Notes under the pieces: generated by a model
Seen by the model: only the letters and a program-made list of their open reading frames with translations
What the model was told of the DNA's origin: nothing
Databases searched by the model: none
Part shown: positions 37,835 through 47,780 of the stretch, piece by piece
How positions within the stretch are numbered: position 1 is the first letter of the stretch
Layout: the number at the start of each line of letters is the position of its first letter
Program-made: the position numbers and the translations under genes
Assembly (NCBI GenBank): GCA_042565725.1
Contig: JBHORK010000006.1
Location: forward strand, 1,374 to 65,373
Direction of reading: 5' to 3'
Origin: Verrucomicrobiota bacterium
Lineage (GTDB): Bacteria; Verrucomicrobiota; Kiritimatiellia; UBA8416; JBHORK01
Length of the DNA: 64,000 bases

Positions 37835-38018
37835 AATACAGGAGTCAGAAGTCAGGATTCAGAATGCTTCGAGAATAAGCGTTTAATAGTTTGCTGACTT
37901 CCTGCAGCAGCAAATTTCTCTCAGACACATCACCATCTTCATACTTCTTTCCCGGATATTTTGACAGGATTTACGGGATTTACAGGATGATAAAAGAAAA
38001 ACACAATCCCTTATCAAT

Positions 38019-38096
38019 CAGGCGGTTTTTTAACCGCATGATTGACAACTCTTTATCCTGTTGATCTTGTTGATCCCGTCTAAAACCTCTTCCTTC
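38019..38096. repeat. Dispersed ~80-100-bp intergenic element, copy A
   Basis: CAGGCGGTTTTTTAACCGCATGATTGACAACTCTTTATCCTGTTGATCTTG...GATCCCGTCTAAAACCTCTTCCTTC. A near-identical copy lies at 53598-53697. Confidence 0.75.
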
Positions 38097-38101
38097 CCTC
38101 T

Positions 38102-38302
38102 TCATCTCCCCGCCAACATCACTACCATCGCGATCATTTCAATTGCAGCGACCCCTATACACATCCATGACAATGTCGATGAACGTCTCGGATGTTCTTC
38201 TTCCTGTGCCTCATTGTCCCGTATCGGCGGGGTATAAATAGTGAACATATCTACCTGGGCCCATCCGGACCCGCCCTGTCGTGTGTTTATTGACCTTAAC
38301 AT
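38102..38302 (-). CDS. Small tail-anchored membrane protein translationally coupled to lexA (66 aa)
   Basis: The ATG is embedded in the lexA end (AAATGTTAA), with GGAG 10 nt upstream. C-terminal TM helix WMCIGVAAIEMIAMVVMLAG. Confidence 0.5.
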   Translation of the reverse strand: MLRSINTRQGGSGWAQVDMFTIYTPPIRDNEAQEEEHPRRSSTLSWMCIGVAAIEMIAMVVMLAGR

Positions 38303-38913
38303 TTTCTTATCACTCCTATCAGTTTGCCTGCTATATGCAGTTGTTTGTCTGCTTCTACTACTATGTCTGAAAACTCCGGATTCTCCGCCCGCAAAATAAC
38401 CCTGTTGTTTTCTTTTATAAAACGTTTGAGCGTTGCTTCCTCTTCTATAATTACCGCAACTATATCCTGCTGTCGGGCTGTGGATTGCTGCTGAATGACC
38501 GCTATGTCGCCGTCAAGGACCCCTATCCCTTTCATGCTGTTTCCTTTTACCCTGAGAGAAAAAATATTCTCGCCTTTAAACAAGTCTTTATCCAATGCAA
38601 CAGAGCATTCGACATTCTCTATGGCGGTAACAGGAGAGCCCGCGGCAATAGTGCCGACCAGCGGTATGCTCACCGTGTCGTCGTTTTTCTTTTCCTGTTC
38701 AACCATAATCTCTATCCCTCTGGCTTTACCATGTGCGCGACTGATGTATCCCTTGTTTTCTATCAACCGCAGATGCTGGGTCACAGCATTTGGACTGCGA
38801 AACTTAAAATGTTTCATTATCTCCCGTACAGTCGGCGGCCTGCCGTTGGCATCAGCATGATCGGTTATGTACTTAAATATCCGTTCCTGATTTTTTGTAA
38901 GTTTCTTTATCAT
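38296..38913 (-). CDS. lexA: LexA repressor (SOS regulator, S24 peptidase)
   Basis: LTKNQERIFKYI...GRPPTVREI...SPNAVTQHLRLIENKGYI wHTH and GNSMKG...GDIAVI (Ser/Lys dyad domain). Starts at MIKKLTKNQ, 11 nt downstream of the SOS box. Confidence 0.9.
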   Translation of the reverse strand: MIKKLTKNQERIFKYITDHADANGRPPTVREIMKHFKFRSPNAVTQHLRLIENKGYISRAHGKARGIEIMVEQEKKNDDTVSIPLVGTIAAGSPVTAIENVECSVALDKDLFKGENIFSLRVKGNSMKGIGVLDGDIAVIQQQSTARQQDIVAVIIEEEATLKRFIKENNRVILRAENPEFSDIVVEADKQLHIAGKLIGVIRKC

Positions 38914-38924
38914 GCAGAAGAATA

Positions 38925-38944
38925 TACTGTACATATGTACAGTA
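38925..38944. promoter_or_regulatory. LexA (SOS) box, perfect palindrome TACTGTACATATGTACAGTA
   Basis: CTGT-N8-ACAG architecture immediately upstream of the lexA start, which implies autoregulation. Confidence 0.8.
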
Positions 38945-39126
38945 TGCAAGATTTTTTTTAATTACGTTTTTACTGCTTTTAAAGGGTAAATGAGACACTC
39001 TTGAAGACAGCCGTCAATATATGAACGTGTCAGGTGTTTTATTTACAGAAGAAGAAAAAGGTATGAAACAAGGTGTTTTCATTAAAAGATCGGCATAACC
39101 AAATAACAATATTGAAGAGATTGATA

Positions 39127-39864
39127 ATGTTTCGAGTAGCTAAAGTTATTTTTATTACAGTTATTGTGTGTGGTATTGCGCATGCAGGTTCAATCGATCC
39201 GGATCAGAAAGACTGGTTCAATAAGCACAAAAGACAGAAAAACGCACCGAAACCGGAAACGATGTTAATCAATACTGATCCTGAGCCAAACCTGTCCGAA
39301 GGATTCACTTCTTTGTTTAACGGCAAGGATTTGACCGGATGGACACCAAAGGGAGGCCCTTCTAAATTCGAAGTTAAGGATGGTGTTCTTGTAGGAACCT
39401 GCGGTTCCAAGTCACGCAGTACGTATCTCTGTACGGACAACGCCGACTTTACGGATTTCATCTTTACCTGCGAAGTAAAATGGGAAGTAGACGGCAACTC
39501 CGGAATCATGTTCCGAGCGCAGGCTGCGGGACAAAAGGTGTTGGGGCCACAGGCGGAGCTGGAAGGATTTGAGAAGGGGCGATGCTGGTCAGCCGGCATC
39601 TACGGTCAGAGCTGCGGCGGCTGGTTTTATCCGCTGTGGCTTAATGAGCATAAGGAAGTTCGGCGGGCGTTGAAAGAAAACGAATGGAACCGGCTGACTA
39701 TCATGGCCAGGGGCAATGTGGTCAAAACATGGCTTAACGGTCTACCGGCCGCAAACTGGGTTAACGACACATACCTGAAAGGCTTTTTCGGATTACAGAT
39801 TCATGCCGGCGCCAAAGGCACCGTGCATTGGAGGAACATTAAAGTCAAGACACTGTCCAAATAA
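39127..39864 (+). CDS. DUF1080 (3-keto-disaccharide hydrolase-like) domain protein, secreted
   Basis: Signal peptide, FTSLFNGKDLTGWTPKGG...FEVKDGVLVG, LQIH and WRNIKVK. Confidence 0.8.
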   Translation: MFRVAKVIFITVIVCGIAHAGSIDPDQKDWFNKHKRQKNAPKPETMLINTDPEPNLSEGFTSLFNGKDLTGWTPKGGPSKFEVKDGVLVGTCGSKSRSTYLCTDNADFTDFIFTCEVKWEVDGNSGIMFRAQAAGQKVLGPQAELEGFEKGRCWSAGIYGQSCGGWFYPLWLNEHKEVRRALKENEWNRLTIMARGNVVKTWLNGLPAANWVNDTYLKGFFGLQIHAGAKGTVHWRNIKVKTLSK

Positions 39865-39967
39865 CAAAACAGACAAGCATCATACGCTTTGCAAACATGG
39901 CATCATGAAGAATATGTATCAAACGCTAGAGGCGTCAGGTGTTATGTATTAAAAAGGAAGAAAAACC

Positions 39968-41386
39968 ATGAAACGACGCGATTTCATTAAGACTGCTGTT
40001 GCGGCCAGTACTGTATATTCGCTTTTGCCTCACTCTGTTATTGGTGCGAATAACCAAATCAATGTTGGCATCATAGGAATGGGCAAGAAAGGGGGCTTGC
40101 ACTTCAGGCATTTCAACAACATGCAGGATGTAAATGTCACCGCAATCTGCGACCCGGACACAGCGCACCTTAAATTAAAAAAAGAAAACGATACCGTCAC
40201 AAAATACCAGGACATGAGAAAGCTTCTGGAGCAAAAGGAAATTGACGCGGTAGTCATTGTAACACCAAACCACTGGCACAGCCTCGCAGCCATACTCGCC
40301 TGTCAGGCGGGTAAACACGTATATGTGGAGAAGCCGGTCAGTCACAGTATTTCAGAAGGACGCAAGATGGTCGAGGCTGCGCGCAAATATAACCGTATCG
40401 TACAGGCCGGCACCCAGCATCGTTCCTGTCCAAGCGTTCAGAAATGCGCCAAGGACATACAAGCCGGTGTATACGGCAAAGTTCTGTGGGCCCATTGCAG
40501 CAAACTCAGCATCAATAATAGAAACCCCATAGGAATGATTGAAGCACCAGTTGATCCACCATCGACATGTGATTACGAGCTCTGGGCAGGGCCAGCGCCA
40601 AAGACACCAATTATGCGAAAGAATTTTCACTATGACTGGCACTGGCAGTGGAACTGGGGCGATGGCGAAATGGGCAACTGGGGTATTCATTACATTGATG
40701 ATCTTCGCCATATTCTGGGCTGGGATGATATACCATCCAATGTTATTTCCGCCGGAAACCGATGGTGGAAAGATAATGGAGAAACGCCCAATATGTTTTT
40801 TGCAATCATGGAACATAAAGGTGTAAAAGTTGTTATAGATATCCGCAACATGCCACATCCTAAATACCATAATCAGGCGGCAGTGTATCTTGGCAGCCAC
40901 GGCGGCAATTATATCCAATGTGAAAACGGCTTCATCCGCATAGCGCGCGGAGGCGGACATGCTTATGATAATGACGGGAACAAGGTAAAAAAGTATTCAG
41001 GCAACGGCGGAGCGAATCATGGTAAAAACTTCATCGAAGCTATCAGGCAGAATAAGCGCGAACTGCTCAATTGTGATATAGAGATCGGTCATCTAAGCAC
41101 AACAATGTGTCATCAAGCTAACATCTCCTACCGTATCGGCCAAAGCGCAACACAGGAAGAAGTACGGGCAAACATGAACACTCATGAAGACGCGGCAAAC
41201 ACACTCAACAGCATACTGGAACAGCTTGAAGGTCAAGCGGACCTGAAAACTCAGCCATTTGTGCTGGGCCCGAAACTGACTTTTGACAACAAGACAGAAC
41301 AGTTTACCGGTGACAACGCTAAACGCGCGAATGTCCTGGCAAAAGGCAGTTCGCGCAAAGAGTTTCCTGTTCCCGAAATAGTATGA
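39968..41386 (+). CDS. Gfo/Idh/MocA-family oxidoreductase with twin-arginine signal
   Basis: MKRRDFIKTAVAAS TAT motif, a Rossmann GIIGMGKKG block and EKP motif (VYVEKPVSH). Confidence 0.85.
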   Translation: MKRRDFIKTAVAASTVYSLLPHSVIGANNQINVGIIGMGKKGGLHFRHFNNMQDVNVTAICDPDTAHLKLKKENDTVTKYQDMRKLLEQKEIDAVVIVTPNHWHSLAAILACQAGKHVYVEKPVSHSISEGRKMVEAARKYNRIVQAGTQHRSCPSVQKCAKDIQAGVYGKVLWAHCSKLSINNRNPIGMIEAPVDPPSTCDYELWAGPAPKTPIMRKNFHYDWHWQWNWGDGEMGNWGIHYIDDLRHILGWDDIPSNVISAGNRWWKDNGETPNMFFAIMEHKGVKVVIDIRNMPHPKYHNQAAVYLGSHGGNYIQCENGFIRIARGGGHAYDNDGNKVKKYSGNGGANHGKNFIEAIRQNKRELLNCDIEIGHLSTTMCHQANISYRIGQSATQEEVRANMNTHEDAANTLNSILEQLEGQADLKTQPFVLGPKLTFDNKTEQFTGDNAKRANVLAKGSSRKEFPVPEIV

Positions 41387-41586
41387 CCGTATCTTGTGAA
41401 ACGTATCTCGTATTTCGACGTTGGAAGCTCGATGTTCGAAGCTCTCCTTTCCCCTGACATCTGAACACTGAAACCTTCTTCCCTCTCCCCTGCTTGCAAC
41501 CTGTAACTCCTGCAATCTCTTCGCTACAGCTTGTCTTAACCGTACACTTTGTGTAAACTGCACAGCTAATTTAAAACCTTAAGTTC

Positions 41587-42939
41587 ATGATGAACAATAA
41601 TGATCTGACAACAGGAAATCTCCGCAAAGGCCTTCTCGGGCTGGCCGGCCCGATGCTGGTGGGCGCCGTTCTTCAGAACGTGCAAAGCTTTATCGATCTA
41701 TTCTGGGTCGGTAGACTTGGAACCAATGCTGTTGCCGCACTGGGCATGAGCGGAACGGTCTTAATGATGATGTTCCCCATAATAATGGGAATGTCTGCCG
41801 GCACAGTTGCATACGTGTCCCGAAAAGTAGGAGAACATGATTTCGCAGCCGCCTCCAGCGCAGCAGGACAATCTCTCGTAATAGCCCTGGTTCTCGGCAT
41901 AACGGCCGGCTTAACAGGCGCATTCTTCGCTACTCCCCTCTTAAGATTGCTCGACGCATCTCCGGAAGTTCTTTCACTCGGCACTGCCTATCTACAAATA
42001 TCTTTTCTGGGCAGTTTTACCATATTCGTGCTTTTTATCGGCAACAGTATTTTGCGCGCGGCTGGAAATTCGATCTTGCCAATGTACGCAATGGCTTGCG
42101 CAAATATTCTTAACGTAATTCTGGACCCGATTTTCATATTCGGATTTAAAGGCATTCCCGGAATGGGCGTCAGCGGTGCGGCGCTGGCTACAGTATTATC
42201 TCAAGCCATTGCGGCTATCGGCGTTGTTATACTTATTTCAAGAGGAAGCACACACATTAAAGTCAATCTCAAGCAATGGAAGTTTATACCTTCCGTAGCA
42301 TGGAAGGTTGTTCGCATAGGAATTCCATCCGCATGGCAGATGCTGTCCAGAAGCCTCATGGCTCTGGTTATAATGAATATTGTCAGCCAATTCGGAATGC
42401 TTGCCACGGCGGCATATTATATCGGGCTCCGCTTCTTTATGATCAGTATTATGCCCGCCTTTGCCTTGGGGAATGCGGCGGCAACTATTGTGGGCCAGAA
42501 TCTTGGCGCCAGACAGCCGAAAAGAGCACAGGCCGCGGCATGGCTCGCGGTAAGAATAGATATGATCATCATGTTTATTATCGGAGCAATTCTTTTTATT
42601 GCCGCGCCCGAACTGATTAGAATCTTCGACAAAACTCCTGAAGTAATTTCTATCGGAACAAATTATATACGAACAGTTGCTCCATTTTTCTTTTTCGCTG
42701 GAACCGGCATTATTCTCGGCAGAGCCCTTAACGGCGCCGGCGAAACCATGTCCACCATGATCCTGACCATATTATGTCTCTGGGGCATTCAGGTTCCCGC
42801 AGCGCTGATACTCCCAAAGGTATTACAACCCGCCACCCAGGGCATCTGGTGGGCAATTTCTCTTGCTGTATCCATACACGGCATAAGCGTCATAACATGG
42901 TTTCAAATGGGGCACTGGAAAAGAAAGAGAGTAGACTGA
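41587..42939 (+). CDS. MATE-family efflux transporter
   Basis: 12 TM helices. N-terminal LLGLAGPMLVGAVLQNVQSFIDLFWVGRLG is typical of NorM/MATE. Confidence 0.85.
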   Translation: MMNNNDLTTGNLRKGLLGLAGPMLVGAVLQNVQSFIDLFWVGRLGTNAVAALGMSGTVLMMMFPIIMGMSAGTVAYVSRKVGEHDFAAASSAAGQSLVIALVLGITAGLTGAFFATPLLRLLDASPEVLSLGTAYLQISFLGSFTIFVLFIGNSILRAAGNSILPMYAMACANILNVILDPIFIFGFKGIPGMGVSGAALATVLSQAIAAIGVVILISRGSTHIKVNLKQWKFIPSVAWKVVRIGIPSAWQMLSRSLMALVIMNIVSQFGMLATAAYYIGLRFFMISIMPAFALGNAAATIVGQNLGARQPKRAQAAAWLAVRIDMIIMFIIGAILFIAAPELIRIFDKTPEVISIGTNYIRTVAPFFFFAGTGIILGRALNGAGETMSTMILTILCLWGIQVPAALILPKVLQPATQGIWWAISLAVSIHGISVITWFQMGHWKRKRVD

Positions 42940-42973
42940 ACAAGACAGGAGTCACCGGAATAGTGATCTTGCT

Positions 42974-43168
42974 TCAAGCGGGGGCGTCCGGCTTCATCAA
43001 GTAAGGATTGCGTCGTGAAGAATCGCAGTGACCCGCTCCCTTGCCCGGGATTTTTGGAGCAATCCGTGTCTTGATAAAATCCAGAGCCGCCTTTTCATCT
43101 TCGTCAAGAAGTACCTCCTGTAAATTGAGAAGATCCTCCTCTTCAAATGTTATAACCAGTTTTGCCAT
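42974..43168 (-). CDS. Small hypothetical acidic protein (64 aa)
   Basis: Lies 22 nt downstream of the preceding gene on the same strand. No recognised motif and a weak RBS. Confidence 0.35.
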   Translation of the reverse strand: MAKLVITFEEEDLLNLQEVLLDEDEKAALDFIKTRIAPKIPGKGAGHCDSSRRNPYLMKPDAPA

Positions 43169-43190
43169 ATTTTATTGCTTTCTTTTTGAT

Positions 43191-43601
43191 CTACTCGAGC
43201 AGATCGATTCTCTGATTGGTTTCTTTGATTTCCACAACAAGGGTCGAGAATGTCCACTGGCCCGCCGATTTCGCAGCCACAACGTAGACCGTTGCTTTGC
43301 CGTCAGGACCGGAGATAGGGATCGACAGATCGGCTTGGCCTGACGAACCATTGACGTTGATGTTGCCGGTGACGAACATTCCTTCTTCAATCGGAGTACC
43401 AATGATTTTCTGGACAGACGGATCTGCTTTTGCCTTCGCAAGAGCATCCTTGTATACGCCTGATGATTTCATCATGCCGAAAACCAAGCATATTATCAAT
43501 GCGATGAAACCCGCGAAAATTGCGAGAGAACCAAGGCAGCCGACAGGAACAAACCACTTCCAGTTTCGCCCCCACCAGCCTTTGTCCTTCTGTTGATTCA
43601 T
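43191..43601 (-). CDS. Coa1-like (cytochrome oxidase assembly factor 1 family) membrane-anchored protein
   Basis: RNWKWFVPVGCLG...TM...IPISGPDGKATVYVVAAKSAGQWTF matches the pattern I recall for bacterial Coa1-family proteins. Confidence 0.55.
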   Translation of the reverse strand: MNQQKDKGWWGRNWKWFVPVGCLGSLAIFAGFIALIICLVFGMMKSSGVYKDALAKAKADPSVQKIIGTPIEEGMFVTGNINVNGSSGQADLSIPISGPDGKATVYVVAAKSAGQWTFSTLVVEIKETNQRIDLLE

Positions 43602-43722
43602 CTGCTACATTCCTTCCTTGTCTCTTTGAAGAGTCACAATATCTTTTCTTCTGATTTTACTCTTGAAACAAGAAAAGTAAAGAATAGAAGCCAGCAGTCA
43701 GAAGGAAGAAGACGAAAGAGGA

Positions 43723-45324
43723 TTATTTAGACTTACGCAAGCTTGATAAAAGACCTTTCACTTCTTCCCGGCAGAAAACAACTGATAACACTGAGTATAA
43801 AACAAAGCCCACGACAATACTGCCGCCAACAGAACATAGCCGAACCAAGAGCAAACTCAATCCGATTGAGCCCGCCAGATCATAAAGCCATATATTAACG
43901 AAATAACACACAAGTCCCATAATGCAGGAAATAATTAATACTCTAAACATTGTACTAACTACAGTGCCCCATCCAGGTGAACCAATCTTTTTATGAAGCA
44001 AAAAGGCAAGAACCATACAATTGAACGCATGCGATACAACCGACGCAAAAGCTATGCCCGCATGTTTATACCCAACGGGCCAGAACAGAATAAAAACAAC
44101 CATCAGAACAAGATTGAGCAATGATGCCCAAACGCCAACCACAACAGGTGTCTTGGTATCTTTATGAGCATAAAATGCGGGTACAAACACCTTATTCAGG
44201 CCGAACACCGCCAAGCCAGGCGCAAAAAAACATAATGCCCTGGTTGTGTAAATACTGGACAGCAAATCAAATTGACCCCGCTCATACACCAGCGACACAA
44301 TAGAAGAAGCTAGAACAACTAAGCCAACTGATGCAGGTATCATCACAAATAAAATGCTTCTCAACCCAAAATTTACGGTGGACAGCATTTCTTTTTTTTC
44401 CTTCCTGGCCACCAGACTGGATAATGTCGGCAAAAGAACCGTACCCATTGCTGTAGCAAAGAGTCCTAAAGGCAAATAAACAATCAGTTCTGCGTATTGG
44501 ATTGCAGCCGTCGCCCATTCATCCACTGCAAGGGCTAACGCCTTCCCTATGAACATATTAATCTGCAACACGCCCATACCTAAAGCAGCCGGCCCCATCA
44601 AAATAAGTATTTCCTTAATACGTTTGTCACGCCACTCAAAATCAAGACGCGGCTTGACTCCGAATTTCAGCAAAACAGGAATCTGAGCCAGTAACTGGAT
44701 TATTCCTGCGCCGAGTACGCCCCATGCCACAACAATTATCTGCTTCTCTTTGCTATCAACAAATAACGGACATACCAGGAGCAGGACAAGTATCCATATA
44801 ACATTAAGAAGAACCGGCGTTGCAGCTGGAACAAAGAAATGATGCCGGGAATTAAGCATACCCATGCAAAGCGCCACCATGCAGATAAAGAACAAGTAAG
44901 GCAGCATTATTCTAAGCAGCGACAACACTGCATTGACTTTTTCTCCAGTCGGCACAAATTGGAGATAAACACTCACCAACAAAAGCCCAAGAAGAACTAT
45001 CACCAGAAGAAAACTACCAAGCATACTCATTACTCTGCCGGCCAGCCTGTTTGCCTCCTGCAATCCCTCTTTCTCTATACTTTCGGTAAAAACAGGAACA
45101 AAAGCGGATGATAATGCGCCTTCTCCAAATAAGCGGCGAAACATATTTGGAACCGTCCACGCGAGAAAGAAAGCTGAAGCATAGACCGACGTGCCAAACA
45201 GACTGGCCATAAGTATCATCCTGAACAAGCCCAAAACCCGGCTCAGGCCAGTACACACTCCAACAACAGAAGTTGAACGAATTATATTATTTTTCATCTG
45301 CAAGTAATTCAGAGGCCGCTTCAA
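43723..45324 (-). CDS. murJ: Lipid II flippase MurJ (MviN)
   Basis: 14-TM profile with GLSRVLGLFRMILMASLFG...FGEGALSSAFVPVF. A possible later start at 45297 overlaps the upstream GT9 gene end. Confidence 0.9.
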   Translation of the reverse strand: MKRPLNYLQMKNNIIRSTSVVGVCTGLSRVLGLFRMILMASLFGTSVYASAFFLAWTVPNMFRRLFGEGALSSAFVPVFTESIEKEGLQEANRLAGRVMSMLGSFLLVIVLLGLLLVSVYLQFVPTGEKVNAVLSLLRIMLPYLFFICMVALCMGMLNSRHHFFVPAATPVLLNVIWILVLLLVCPLFVDSKEKQIIVVAWGVLGAGIIQLLAQIPVLLKFGVKPRLDFEWRDKRIKEILILMGPAALGMGVLQINMFIGKALALAVDEWATAAIQYAELIVYLPLGLFATAMGTVLLPTLSSLVARKEKKEMLSTVNFGLRSILFVMIPASVGLVVLASSIVSLVYERGQFDLLSSIYTTRALCFFAPGLAVFGLNKVFVPAFYAHKDTKTPVVVGVWASLLNLVLMVVFILFWPVGYKHAGIAFASVVSHAFNCMVLAFLLHKKIGSPGWGTVVSTMFRVLIISCIMGLVCYFVNIWLYDLAGSIGLSLLLVRLCSVGGSIVVGFVLYSVLSVVFCREEVKGLLSSLRKSK

Positions 45325-46294
45325 ATACCGCTTCGGGTTTTATGGATTGCAAAATTTTACGGGCAGTTTCAGAATCACGCTCAATATCGCGTGAAGGGGA
45401 AACATTATCTGCTGTTATTATTTTATGTCCCATTCCCAGCGGACTCGTCTTACATGGATCAGTCAGCCCAAAAACAGCAACAACCTTTGCTCCGACAGCC
45501 GCTGCCAGATGCATCCCTCCGCTGTCATTAGTTATGACAACACTGCATAACTCCAGTAAAGCTGCAAGTTCCTGAAGTGACGTGCTACCAGACAAATTCA
45601 AAGCCTTATCCCCAATGCCTTCAACAACTTTGCCGCATAAATCAATTTCCTTTTCGGTTCCAAACACCAATATCCCGCATTTTTCGGTGCTGACCAGTTT
45701 TCTGCCTGTCTCAATAAAATATTCAAGCGGCCATCGTTTTGCCGGACCACGGGCGGCGCCGGGGAAAATACCTGTCAGCTTTTTACATGATATTGCCTCT
45801 ATTTTCACGCCAGCTTCTTTCATTAGCGCTTCAGGTACTGATAAACGCGGTACATCAAAATCCTTATTGTCATTCTTGAGCCCCATGATCTTAAAATATT
45901 CCCGGGATTGATGCATACGATCCTGATCTGCAGAAGGTTTTACAACATCAGTCAACAACCAGGCCCTCTGATGACCGGGCAACCCGATTCTAACAGGAAC
46001 ACAGCCAAGAAAAGGAATCAGAGCTGACCGGAAAGAATTAGGAAAAATATACGCCCTATCGAATTTGTGTCTTCTGATCTCTTTTGAAATCTGAATTGTT
46101 CGGACAGCATTGGATTGATACTCGATAACTTCATCAACCGAAGCATGCATTGCCCAAAGCGATGCTAATCTGGATTTCGCAAGAATTGTTATTCGGCATT
46201 CGGGCTGATAATTTTTCAGCATCTGAATGGCCGGCATACTCATAACACTATCGCCCAACCAGTTTGTTCCGCAGATCAGAATATTACTTGCCAT
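45287..46294 (-). CDS. waaF: Glycosyltransferase family 9 (LPS heptosyltransferase II-like)
   Basis: ILICGTNWLGDSVMSMPA and ITNDSGGMHLAAAVG. The gene symbol is tentative. An alternative GTG start exists at 46312. Confidence 0.75.
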   Translation of the reverse strand: MASNILICGTNWLGDSVMSMPAIQMLKNYQPECRITILAKSRLASLWAMHASVDEVIEYQSNAVRTIQISKEIRRHKFDRAYIFPNSFRSALIPFLGCVPVRIGLPGHQRAWLLTDVVKPSADQDRMHQSREYFKIMGLKNDNKDFDVPRLSVPEALMKEAGVKIEAISCKKLTGIFPGAARGPAKRWPLEYFIETGRKLVSTEKCGILVFGTEKEIDLCGKVVEGIGDKALNLSGSTSLQELAALLELCSVVITNDSGGMHLAAAVGAKVVAVFGLTDPCKTSPLGMGHKIITADNVSPSRDIERDSETARKILQSIKPEAVFEAASELLADEK

Positions 46295-46383
46295 TTCTTC
46301 ACCATCAACCACCTGCCCGCAATGCTGCGCACCCGCCTACATCGTTGCACGAAGTGCTTCGGGCAGGTAACGCTGCAGGCGGG

Positions 46384-47565
46384 TCAACCATTCTTAAAAC
46401 ATATCCTTGATATGCATTCCTGCAAATCAAGAGCACCGCTCAGTATCTCAATATCCACCCGCAGGAAAAAAATCGGAACATCACGCCGTTCAAGCAAAGG
46501 GAACCTTACGGCATCTTTCTCCGTAGTTATGATTGCATCCGCTTTAAGCTTTTTACTTTTATTAATAATATCAATAATTTCCTGCTGAGCGTATCTATGA
46601 TGATCGGCAAAACGAAAAACCTTTGCTGTTTTGGCTCCTCTTTGCTCCAGGTCCTTCTCAAATCCGCCTGGTGCCGCAATTCCGGAAACAACAGTAATAT
46701 TTAACCCTTTCAAATAGCTTAACTCTTTCTTTTCGCCTGAATATACATCCTGTAAATACCGCGCGCAGTGACAACATTCCGTTATTTCAGCATCGGAATT
46801 CAACTCGCGCAAACGTGCTCTAAGCTTCTGGCTGTCTTTCCCGTCTGATTTTGTAATAAATATAAAATTAGCCCTTTTGATGTTCTTAACCGGCTCCCTC
46901 AGAATACCTCTTGGCAGAACCCGCTCGTTACCAAACGGATTAGTCTTATCAACCAAAACAATTTCTACCCGATGTTTAAGAGCCATATATTGGAACCCGT
47001 CATCCAGCACGAGGGTGTCACAGCCAAGTTTATTTACGGCATATCTGCCGCTTTTAACACGATTTTTATCTACCAGCACAACCACTTCAGGAAGATTCGA
47101 TGCCAGCATATAAGGCTCATCTCCGCTCATTGCGGAATTCAAAAGAAGCTTACTCCCGTCAGACACCACTCGCGGCGATCGGCGAAATTCGCGAAACGAA
47201 ATCTTGTCAATTATCCGCTTTAAAAAAGGCGGCTCCTGTTTCTTATAACCCCTGCTCAATACTGCAACTTTGCGGCCCGCTTTTTGCAATTCACGCGCAA
47301 AAATTTCTACAACAGGGGTTTTTCCGGTTCCGCCAACTGTCAAATTTCCAACACTTATAACCTGACACCCAAGAGTATGATGCCTGAAAATACCTTTGCG
47401 ATACAGTAAAAGGCGCATCTGAATGACTGCCCGATATATCCGAGAAAGCTGCCTGAGAAGCCAAAGCAATAGCTTCGTGGGTCTGTTCAGGTTTTTTTCT
47501 CCTTCGGGCGTCTTTATAAGCCGGACAAGAAATCGCTCCAATCTTTCTAATTTGTTCTGTTTCAT
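46384..47565 (-). CDS. lpxK: Tetraacyldisaccharide 4'-kinase LpxK
   Basis: [16 protein letters not shown]-loop and LSRGY. 393 aa. Confidence 0.9.
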   Translation of the reverse strand: MKQNKLERLERFLVRLIKTPEGEKNLNRPTKLLLWLLRQLSRIYRAVIQMRLLLYRKGIFRHHTLGCQVISVGNLTVGGTGKTPVVEIFARELQKAGRKVAVLSRGYKKQEPPFLKRIIDKISFREFRRSPRVVSDGSKLLLNSAMSGDEPYMLASNLPEVVVLVDKNRVKSGRYAVNKLGCDTLVLDDGFQYMALKHRVEIVLVDKTNPFGNERVLPRGILREPVKNIKRANFIFITKSDGKDSQKLRARLRELNSDAEITECCHCARYLQDVYSGEKKELSYLKGLNITVVSGIAAPGGFEKDLEQRGAKTAKVFRFADHHRYAQQEIIDIINKSKKLKADAIITTEKDAVRFPLLERRDVPIFFLRVDIEILSGALDLQECISRICFKNG

Positions 47566-47780
47566 CCTCGAAATCCCGGCTCCTTTTTAGTTAAGCAGAC
47601 TTCAGCAGGCAGGTTAGGCTTTTTTTTTCCTGATGTCGAGGGTGTTACACCAACATATACTGAAAAAACTTGATCATTTCTCACTACGGTGATAGCTTAT
47701 TTTTCTTCCCTCAAGGGCTTCGTAAGCAAGGGAACACAGCTTATCCAGACTTAAAATATAAAAAGGAGAACAACAGAAAC

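Noticed and set aside
40352-40960. 202-aa minus-strand ORF, with other long antisense ORFs at 1772-2275, 3680-4120, 62266-63096, 49503-50024 and 41093-41563
   Set aside because: Each is fully embedded opposite a well-supported, motif-bearing gene. Their compositions are odd and they lack RBSs.
43191-43601. Toxin-antitoxin pair formed by the 136-aa and 64-aa ORFs
   Set aside because: The 136-aa protein has the Coa1-like membrane-anchor pattern rather than any toxin fold. The 64-aa ORF has no antitoxin-type DNA-binding motif.
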